Assembly (NCBI GenBank): GCA_001949185.1
Contig: BDGG01000004.1
Coordinates: 1,947,620 to 2,011,619, forward strand
Length of the DNA stretch: 64,000 nucleotides
Direction of reading: 5' to 3'
Source: Ramazzottius varieornatus
Taxonomy: Eukaryota; Animalia; Tardigrada
A model generated the notes under the pieces. It made no database searches, had not been told where the DNA came from, and worked only from the letters and a program-made list of their open reading frames with translations. Position numbers and translations under genes: made by a program. How positions within the stretch are numbered: the stretch's first letter is position 1; each line of letters starts with the position of its first letter. Shown one piece after another: positions 39,701-50,027 of this stretch.

Positions 39701-41087
39701 TCCGTCTATATATTTTAGTCTATGTGGAAGACGACATGTGATCCAGTAATCTTTCTAAAGTGTGGATGTCTGTTGAGCCAAGGAATTTGACTGTGCAAAG
39801 TTCTTTCCGAAGTTCCATCCATAAACACAGCAATCAAAGTAATTCAATCAGCGAAGAACTCATGAAGTTGCCCCATTTGTACTCGTGGGATTTTGACAGA
39901 TGTCCATATTCAGAAATCAATAGTCAAAAGTTGGAACGTGATGCCTTTGGAGACATTTTGACTCTGGTTTTAGGTTAAACTAGGCTGAATACGGTCACAA
40001 TTTCCATCCTCAATGTTTTGTTTGTCATGAGCGATCCAGCGCGGACCTGCTTAATGGTTGCGAAGCTAATGAAATTAAGGTCATGGTTATTACACACAGT
40101 GACGGAGTGTAGCATTATCACAGAGGGTAATGTCAGCTTGATCAGAACAAATTACGAGGCTTTCGAGAGCAAGAAGCCCCAAGAGACAAGTTAGGGGACA
40201 TGGCGAAACGCATTAGAGAACGGAGTGGAAACATTAGCGAGACAGAGAGGCAATTTCTGGTTCGACTTAATTTAACAAATTCTTCGCCTCACGAGTCACG
40301 ACCTCGTTGCAAGTTCGACGCTGCGCCATTGTCAAGCATAACCTAATGACTTGGTACTCAACCAGGCCGTTCGTCCAGTAAGTAATTTGCAGAGTACCCA
40401 AGTCGAGCTGACATCCTACGGAACTTCCTGGGTGAAATAATCGACAAAGGCCGCCTGGTACAATTTGCACAGCTTATTATCCAAGTAAAAACATTAATTT
40501 GAACCTGGATACTGGTTTTGTCCAAACAGAATCCGTAAGAATGGGTCGTACGCAGCCATGCATAGCAAGGTCTTCCGTATCGATCAAGTCCTCATCAGCC
40601 ATATTTACATGCGACTTTAATCAAGGTTTTCAGTTTGTTTTCTTGCGCACGAACACATTTTCCGCCAGACTGAATTTGAGCGAAAAAATCCCCCACCCAG
40701 ATGGCTCACTTCACTCTACCGGCGACATCCTAGTGCTGTCTAGCCGGATCCAACACTTATCGGCAGTAACCGCAATGTTTAGCTTAAACCTTCAGTTGGA
40801 GACACCCGCAAATGGCCACTTCCGGCACGTAATCGGTAGGCATACTTTTCTACAGTGCTGAAAAATCACAAAGCCGGTCAGAGTTATAAACTTACCACAT
40901 CAATAAGTTGCGTCAGTTTCAGGCCCAGACTGACGTTTAGCGTTCCCGTATTGCTGGGGACAGGTCTGATCAACTTATTATAATCCTTCATCAAGTCGTC
41001 ATACAGTCGTTTGGCATCCGGGCTGGACCGGACATGGTGGCAACACAGGGCCACCACACCGCCCAACCACAGAAAAATATGACGCAT
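36794..41087 (-). CDS. Second nicotinic acetylcholine receptor alpha subunit, convergent with the first
   Basis: [10 protein letters not shown]...[20 protein letters not shown], Cys-loop [15 protein letters not shown], loop [13 protein letters not shown], canonical M2, and M4 [12 protein letters not shown]. Stop is at 36794 if intron 36827-36913 is spliced, otherwise at 36869. Confidence 0.94.
39122..39170. repeat. Perfect 23-bp direct tandem duplication
   Basis: TGACAACCGAACTTCCGGGTCGG at 39122-39144 and 39148-39170, inside intron 1 of the minus-strand nAChR. Confidence 0.9.
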
Positions 41088-42197
41088 TATGTCGGCAGAG
41101 ATCTCACAAATAACATCCGACTAGTAAAGTCTGAAGACTGTAATTTCCCTACTGGACGATCGGCAAGTCAGTGGGTCGGAAAAGTCAACATCCGTTCATG
41201 ACAACCCGCCAGGCAAATTCATCTAATATGCAGATGATTTGGAATCAGGATATGGCAAGCACATTCTCAGCAAGCATCAGTCCTACACAACGCTGCCTTA
41301 ACTTATCACGCTTGCAGGTCGACAAAAAGGACAGCCATGTTCAGTCGCGGACTACACGGCTCGCTACAGTGGTCGCCGAGCGGAAGGACGTGAACCAGAT
41401 ACGGGAAACCCTGACGTAATCAGAACGGGGGTCTGATTGATGAACCCAACGGAAGAAAGAATTGCTTCGCTGGGATTTGGTTCCAGCTGAGCGGCGATGA
41501 CACTTTTGACAATGCACTGATCTGTTGAGGGACTTCCTTCTAAACGCCACGTACCCCTTCGAAACACGGCATTTAAAAATTGAAATACTATGTCAAACAG
41601 TCAATTAAAACAATACGATACGACGAACGATGACGGAGAGGATTCCACGAAAGCTTGGTGGTGGTATCAAGAAGTTGATGATGAAGATTCTGCATATGCC
41701 CAGTGATCCATGCCAAGTAGAGTTGCATGCCCGCAATCTGCCTTCAGCATCAGCCAAAAAAATTCTACATCTGGTGTCCTCCCAGCCGCGCAGACTCTGT
41801 TTGACTTTCCTATATTCGTTACTTCACAAACAAATATCTCCACTCTCTATAAGACGATTTCGTGCTATTTTAGAAACACTCACAGTCTTGACAGTCTACA
41901 AGGCTAAAGTCGTTCGAGCTCGTTCCTTCTTCTTGCTTGGGCCGGTCGCTCAACCCTCCGTATCAACAGATCCGAAGAGCCCGCAGTCCTAGCTCTGCGT
42001 TTCGACAATCGACAAAGTTTTAATTAGACAGTAATGGGTCGCATAAAATCGATTTACATCCCGAACTTTTAAGAAAGCCGAAATGAATCCAAATTAAAGT
42101 GCCCGACAACGCAAGCTTTTTGCAGTAAACCTTCAACGAGCTCGCCGCAAGCTCTCGACTGTATTACCATGACGGTCTTTCAGTACGTACGCTGCAC

Positions 42198-42245
42198 AAC
42201 AGCGCCATCTAAAGACGACCACATCCACCGACAGAGGGCGCTGTT
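42198..42245. promoter_or_regulatory. Inverted pair of CTCF-like motifs (candidate insulator)
   Basis: AACAGCGCCATCT at 42198-42210 and CCGACAGAGGGCGCTGTT at 42228-42245 resemble the AGRKGGCGC CTCF core. They lie between divergent genes. Confidence 0.35.
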
Positions 42246-44014
42246 GGTTATCAGAAGACAGTTTTCCTTTCCGTGTCGATAAAATAAATTGATTTCTCGC
42301 TTCCTAAATCCTTCCAACTGACAAACTTATACTTCCAAAAAAAAATATCGAGAAGCAGATTAAATCCGTAGAAAAGTAAACGTCGTAGGGTACAGTGGTC
42401 GAACGAAATTTCTCCTTACGGGAGACCCTTTAGCGCCTTATGTAACAAATCTTGTTAGTATATTATTTTGTTCATTAAATTTTTATCATTTTCCAAATTC
42501 GAAATAAGAGTCATGACAGATTGTTGAAGGTTTCTGTTTAATAACGTAGATTTGACGGAAACCCACGCTAGGTTTGACTGCTGATCTACAGCGTCAGATC
42601 GTCGATCCCCACAAAAACGAGACGGCTTTACAAGCAGAAACAAAAACCTAAACAGTGCGAGTGACATTCGAATCTAATTAGAGCAAAGTTTGACCCACAT
42701 ATAATATAATCGGACAGAAGCACATGATTCACCATATCAGACCACCACAAAGCCAACGAGTCGACGGCAACCGCAGTCAAATTATATCGCCAGAGATAAA
42801 AATCAGCATAAAATATAGCACACGTTTTATCCAATTTTTCTCATGTGGTCGGCTACGGCCTACGCCACACAGCACACAAAACTTGTGTAAGAAGTCATTG
42901 ACTTCGCGACCTTCAAAACTGCAAAGACAGGCTCTCCGTGTAAGACTTTCTCCGAAGCCTTGTTCGAAGTTACGAGGCAGGCTATCAGTCCAAAGGAGTA
43001 AAGCTGAAACCCTGAGGCAACGAGAAGCTCGAACACCGAAATCTAGCGAAGCAGGCTTTCTCCACAACTTGTGCTAGAGCCTTTCCGGTTTCGCGCGATT
43101 CATGCGGTGAGATTAGACCCAAGTACCCTCGTAATCACGAACTAGAGAAAACTTCAAGTGCAATCCATCAAGTAAGGACGGAAGAGATTTGAACAAAACG
43201 CTGGTCTGACTATTTGACACGGTCGTTGCACTAAACGCCTGCTCAAAAGTTTGCTCGGTGTAAGCAGGGATTTGCGCAGATTGAGAGATCGGATGTTGGT
43301 TGTGGGTTTCTCGCGGTAGACCAACAGGAAATATCAGCGTAGGACATGCCATCAGAGAACCGTACATATCAAGTACCGACAAACCGTAAAGCCTTTACTG
43401 GACACTTGTCTGAAACCGAGAACGCTCTTTTTCAAGATGAAGGCTCGACATCCGATGTCACCGGCGGGTTACGTAATACCGTGACGTCTATTCATGTTCT
43501 ATGCGGTCTTCTGGTGCGTGAGAAGTTAGATTATCGGCTATAATGTGGAGTGGGCAGGTACTCGCCAGATCGCCGCGCTCTCGCTATCAGTTCTCCATCT
43601 CGACAGCCTTACAAATAGCCGCGTTTTGGTTTTACTTTCAGCCAAGAACTCTTTCGTCGCAGTTCTTGCTGGTGTTTGGTTGGTGATCGACTGGTGCATA
43701 CAATCCGTATGCAACCGTGCGGCACCATTTTGTTGATTGTCACTTGTTGTACTTTATTCTTTCCACATGGCAGACGTTACTAACCTACATAGTTTAGCTT
43801 TTATCCCTCCCAATTAATCTGTATCTAATCGTTCTTACCTCCATCACACCGACTACCCCCGTCCGAAGCGTCCACTTGCTCTTCCTTTCCGCTTGCAACC
43901 GCCCACTTTTCAGCGTGATTGTGGCCCATTTTTCGACGGCACTGAAACATGCAGCAAAACACGTGAATGTCCTAGATCGTCCGATCAACACGAGACCGGA
44001 ACCCCCTACCGGTA

Positions 44015-47000
44015 ATGTCTCGGTTATGGCCAGTACTGAAATCAGCCCAGCCAGCAGTAGCCTCCGCAGCAACAGGTGGTTGTCCATTTGGCGGAGCACG
44101 CAGCTCCCAAGTGTCCCCTGCGATTTCCTCCGCGCGGTCAGAGTCGACTCTTGCTGATCTTTCCGATGGTTCCCTATTTCCCCAGCAACCTGTAAGCATG
44201 CAAATACAAAAGAATATTGCGAGTGAAGGGCAAAATCATGCATGAAATTTTAGGCCGCCGCGCTACCAGTCAACGAGATACCGGGACCGAAAGGACTGCC
44301 GCTCATCGGAACGCTTTACAATTACATCAAAAAGAACGGATTCAAATTCAATAAATTATTCGAGGTGAGTACTGTCACCTTTCAACTGGCACCTTAAAAC
44401 ACCACGTTTTTCGGAAGATCAATCAAACAACATTATTTTGAACCGACCAAAACGGTATAAAAAGCTACTCAGTTCTATAGTATGAGTACTCTGAATTTGT
44501 AAAGGAAAACCCCGTTTTATTTTCTCTTGAAACCCTGTCGATTCGATTTACAGGCCCATGCATATCATTTTGAAAAGTACGGACCCTTCTTTCGTGAGAA
44601 CATTGTGGGTAGGAAATTCAATGTGCTGCGAGACCTGCGTGAGTGGAGGACCCAAGTCATCCAACAAGAACCAAAGTGCCCCCAGAGAGTTGCCCTGGAA
44701 CCGATGGTCCGTTACCGGAAAATGAGGAATCTCAGTCAAGGCCTGGTGAACTCGTAAGTGCAGCCGATCTCAAATCTTAGATGTGCAAATTTATTCAAAA
44801 ATAATTCACAAGTAAAACGGGCCGCTATTTGAAGTCGGAACCGGACATCCGGTCCGGCGTCCCATAGTACGTCACACACATCTTTGCCTTTGTTGGCGTC
44901 TAACTTGCGTTGAAGAGCCGCCTCCTTACAAGGGTACTTCGCTCTGAGCCTGTAATCACAAGCCTGATGGGGGATGAGAGGAGAAGGTTCTGTTTTCTCT
45001 TAACTAAAACTGTGTCTGGCAAGAAGTACTCGCCTGCCGCTCTGTTGCGCTATCCGGATGTCCGGTTCCGGTACTCGGTGGCTATCTGGTTTGGTACCTG
45101 CACGCTGCAGAGCACTGACAGTCTGTGGAAATTGCCCGAGTACCCATATTAGTACCACGTTTCGATATGCGGGATGAATCAACTGAAATGACTGCCATCT
45201 CAAGTGGCGCACGTTTTGGTTGTTAATGGTTGCAGTGTGCGCCCCTTGGGAAAATGATCTGGTTCAAAACATTTACCCGCATGTACTTTAAAATCCCGAT
45301 TATTTCGAACGGAATTTTAGTACGTGTGTACTAAAATTCTGTTCGAAATGATCGGGATTTTAAAGTAGTACGTCTGAAAGCCGGTCCAAAGTCTCTATGC
45401 TAGCTGTCCCAGACCAAACTTCTATTGTTTTGCTTAGACGCTGACCTGCCGGAAGCTTGAGGTGACCACGGCGAACTGGTGAAACTACTTTAGGCCAATC
45501 ATTGCTTGCTCTTTGTGTTTCCAGACAGGGGGAAGAATGGTTTCGTTTCCGATCAGCATTCGACAAGAAACTACTGGCGCCTAAAGAAATCGAATGTCAC
45601 TTTGAGCCGCTGTCAAGTGTAGCTGATGACTTCATCACACACCTCCAGCACGCTGCCGACCCGCAGACTGGCATTGTCTACAACATTGAAAATGAAGTCT
45701 TCAAATGGTCACTCGAATGTAAGTTAAAACTTACAGCACCACATGTCGTCTTCATAAAGCCCACTTACCGTCTTGATTCTTGCAGCTATTTGTGCCGTCC
45801 TCTTCAGAAGCCGCCTCGGCTGCTTTCAGGATCCACCATCACGTGATGCCCAGGAATTTATCTCGAACTGCCGCAGGTTCTTCACCACTATGCAGACTCT
45901 TATGTATGAGCCACCCTACAAGAAGTGGTTCTCGTCGAAGACCTGGGATGAATTTGTTACCTGTTCTGATGCTCTTCTGCAACAAGGGATCTCTATGACA
46001 GAGTCAGTGCCTGAAGAATCTCTTGCCCATTATTTCCTTCGAGATTCCAAGCTGAAAAGAGAGGAAGTTGCACTCAGTCTACTGGATCTGATCATTGGAG
46101 CAATGGAAACGGTAAGTCCACACAGGAAACCCGTTTGCCGATATTGTAAGATAGCTTGATGAGAGACCACAACAGCTGAGCGAACCACCTTCCGCCTCCG
46201 GCAGCTAACGACACGTTAGGTAATCTGTCATCTTTTCATCCGGTTCACAGCAGCAAATTATTACGCCGATTTGGGTCACGGTCGCCGTGAAGTTCTTGCA
46301 GCGTCAAATTATCAGTAATTACTCCTCCATCTGCAAAAACTTTACGTACCTAGGAAGAGAAACGTTAGTAAATCGAAATAAACAAACAGATGGGTTTTAA
46401 CGTTTCCAAATTACGATGAGCGATGACAGACTACTATCACTTTCACCAAAGAATGCTGCGAAGCTCTTGAGCTTCGTGTTACGAACCCCATGCACATATT
46501 CAAAACACAGTTTGAAATACAGGGCAAGCGCTCGACTATCAATCTGTCGAGGTAATTTGCAGCTACTTCTTCACTTCAGAAGGCGGTTGCGTTCTAGTCA
46601 ATCAGCAAGTGGAAAAGCTTGATGTGAGTTGGTGTAAAGTTATCTTACCTCTACCAAAATGTGGGTCGCCGAAAGCGTTGCTCTTCCATTACATAACTCA
46701 GGACATTGACCGCAGCGGAATGTGCTCTTGCTTTCGCTGTCCTTGTGGGCTTGAGGATTGTCTGCAACAGGAAAAATCCGTCAAAATGAAAAGAGTAAAA
46801 CTCACAGAAGCTATACTAGCCCCTACCGGGATGTTTGCTTCAGAGTACGAAGACGGTGATCTGGAGCCTTTACTGCCTAGCGCAGTGGCAGGATGCGCAA
46901 GAACGGATAAACAAGGAAGTGACTCGAGTGGTTGGGAACCGACCGCTGCAGCTGGGTGATCTGAAAGACTTACCTTTGGTCAAAGCTTCCCTGAAAGAGA

Positions 47001-47554
47001 CCCTTCGTTTGTATCCTGCCCCGTTTGTCATCAGCCGCATCATGCAACGCGATACTAATGTCCGAGGATACAACGTACCGGCCGGGGTGAGTGATTACCT
47101 GCGAGTGAACGATCGTAGTCTTGAACGGGTTAACTTTGCAGGAAGAAGTAGTTATCAGCCTTTGGGCCATCGGACACGACGAAAAGCTGTTCCCGGACCA
47201 CAAGAATTTCATACCTGAACGGTGGCTGGAAGAGGAGCAAAGCGAGGGACAACGAATGTACAACAGTCTCCCATTCGGACATGGACGACGAATGTGCATT
47301 GGTCGGCGCATTGCCGAAATGGAAATCTACATTCTCCTCAGCAAGGTACGTACCTGACCTCGAAGGCTCATACGCATTCGAAATCTGAAACAAAAAAGCG
47401 TTAATGTAGTAACTCTGATTCGCAGCTGGCAGCTCGATGTCGGTTAGAGTACCCAAATACTGAAGCGGTGGAGCCCATTATCGAAATGACGCTGGCCCAA
47501 GATCGGCCAGTCCATCTCCGTCTATCCAACAGAAAGCTGGAACCACCGACATAG
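44015..47554 (+). CDS. Mitochondrial-clan cytochrome P450 (CYP10-like by recollection)
   Basis: Transit-like N-terminus MSRLWPVLKSAQ...CPF, IPGPKGLPLIGT, GLVNSQGEEWFRFR, I-helix GAMETSTKT, K-helix KETLRLYP, PERW, and heme motif PFGHGRRMCIGRRIAE. Stop TAG at 47552-47554. Confidence 0.93.
45284..45367 (+). repeat. 84-nt near-perfect palindrome (40-bp stem) in CYP intron 3
   Basis: TACTTTAAAATCCCGATTATTTCGAACGGAATTTTAGTAC-gtgt-GTACTAAAATTCTGTTCGAAATGATCGGGATTTTAAAGTA. The two non-Watson-Crick positions are both G-U on the + strand. Confidence 0.88.
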
Positions 47555-47980
47555 ACCACTGATCTCTCCAGGTTACAACTCCTCAACTCGAGCTTTGTTG
47601 AACAGTATTCACTAGACGGCAAAGCGGTTGTTCATCCAGTACCCGTTGACTAGTGGATTGATTAAGTTACGTTGTTGAATTTGCATGTCAGTTGCACCTT
47701 TATAACATTTGGACCAATTCTAAAACGCTGCTTTAAGGGCGGAAATATACATAGTAATGTAGTATACGTATACAGTAGCTGAACTATTTAAATTAATAAA
47801 AGCCCTGGTGAGAAAGACATTATCGAAAGCGTCTCACTCACACCAACAGTTCGTCCATAGCGCGAAACAAAATATTATTTCTCTGTACATCACTTAGTCT
47901 TACTTGAAACCAGCATCAAAACCTGCTGTTTCGGCTCCACGAAGCGTCCTGAAGAGCTGCTAGAAAGCTCGAAGCCCCCT

Positions 47981-48618
47981 CTATGGCGTGGGATTCCGTT
48001 TACCGCATTTGCAGTCCGACACAATCTTCTGGTCCACCCAAGGCAACTCGGCAGGGTCCTTGCTGTTCAGATCCACGCAGGGATCCGTTGGCCAACGTAC
48101 CACCAATACTGTAGCGCTGACGGGAAGACATTCATACAGACCACCATAGCATCTGAAATAACACACCCACACCCCAATCAGGAAACGCATTCCATCATAC
48201 CTATATATTACGATGTAACCACCAGTACAGTAACTGACATTTTCTCCGTGCAGGATCCAGATTTGATATATTGAGGATAGAATTCCTTATCCAGCTTTAT
48301 CCACTCTGGTTTAAAGCCACAGTCGAACGGGGCAGAAGTGCTGTTTGACAAAACTGACAGCTGGCGTTTCCTTCGAAGTGGTTGCAGTTCTGGAGGCTTG
48401 TCAAAAGACATCTGGCTGGACGACACACGAGGAGAACTTTGTATCTTGCTGCGCAATCCATTCTCGTCCCGAACACATTTTCTTACCGGTCCCGACAACT
48501 GACCAGCAGCGCGGAACCGATCGTCCATTGTCAGGACTACGGATAACAACAAAAGAAATATTGGTAACAGACGCGTCTTCAATTCACCGTGAGCACGCGT
48601 AGGCAGCAGCAGATACAT
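47981..48618 (-). CDS. Secreted cystine-knot prohormone of the trunk/PTTH/noggin family (183 aa, 2 coding exons)
   Basis: Hydrophobic signal LLPIFLLLLSVVL and furin site RRKR. Mature region FDCGFKPEWIKLDKEFYPQYIKSGSCTEKICYGGLYECLPVSATVLVVRWPTDPC...WVDQKIVSDCKCG. Intron 48153-48238. Confidence 0.82.
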
Positions 48619-50027
48619 CCATCCAGTTGAAAGGCATCGCCGTTCCTTCGAGTGTCCACGTTACATCATCAGATTTTCCGCGACTTCTCTAGATTATTTC
48701 ATCTGAAATCAAAACAGATAGAAAGGTCGGAAGAGTCTGTGAATGATCTCGAATGGGAGCTTTGAAGTATGGACAGTGTCCGCCGTCTGAGCCACTGAAT
48801 CCGAATGAGATAATTGAGATTGCGATTAATGTTGAATCCCGCAAGGGCTACTACAGCTCTCGCAACCCACGCTCCGCCGACCACTCCTTCCGCTCCGTGA
48901 CCACCTCACACTGAATAATCGGTTAACGTCAGCACGCCAGCGGAACGGACTTATCCTCGCCTGGTGTATGGTGTATCGCATCACCGCCACCGGCGTTCCC
49001 CGCCCAAAAACGTTGATTAAAACCAAAACAAAGGTTCTAATTTCTAAATTTTGTGATTCCTGAAGCATCTCGGAATTCGGAAACACGTTTCACTGCAGGA
49101 AGAAAGGAGGCTAGCGGAGCATAGAATTTTGAACAGCCTGGATTCTGGCGAACCAGTAAGCATGGGAGGGCGGGAGGAACGTACGCTGGTCCCGATCTAC
49201 ACAGGATCAATCGGCAAAGAATAGACTGGACAGGAAGAGCTGGGATCGATAAAACCTGCTATTCATCAAATTCCAACGTGACGCAGCTGATCTTACGGCC
49301 CACCCATCATCCCACGTCCCGGATCTTGTGTGACGCACCAGAACACTGACATCGATCTGGATTCCTCTTGTTACTAGTACAGCGTGTGTATACGTTTGGA
49401 CCTTGTCGCCGTGTTCCGTACAAGTCCAAATTTCTCGCGCTGCATTTCGTGCTCCTCCACAGAGAGTCTGGGAGCATCGCTAGCGATCAGTATTGTGGGG
49501 CTCACAAGTGAGTGTGAGTCAGAGACGTAGAGTCCCGAATCTCTATTAGCTTCCGTTTATGCAGGAGCAGACCGCATTCCAGAAAGGCCAACGCACCAGT
49601 TTTTGGCATCATTCTCCCGGATATATGTTCCACGGACACATCGTCATCACCTTTGGTGTTTGACAGGTTTGACTATCGTCGAAGTGTTTCTCCTTCCTAA
49701 ACAAGCCTAGTATGATCTATCACCTTATCCCAATCTTCGTCTGTCACTGTACAGCAGGAATAACTGGAGTAGCCCCTCCGTTCAACGTGCGTGGTATTAT
49801 CGCTCTGTATGAATATAGATCATACTTTCCATTGTCGTGCCTTATTATACTTTCGAACAATCCCTCCTTGAACTCTTGAATATTCTTCGGATTATTCGTA
49901 GATTCTTGCTCGTCGGTCGGCAATCTTCCGCAGCGTTACTACTTGTGTCATCCTTGGTTAAGCTGGCCTGGATAGTCCGATTTCCCTGGTGTAAAGGCAG
50001 CTAAAATATGATTTGGAAGTAATTATT

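Noticed and set aside
41100-44000. Several 60-150 aa ORFs in the intergenic region
   Set aside because: No domains or consistent exon chain; expected by chance at this GC content.
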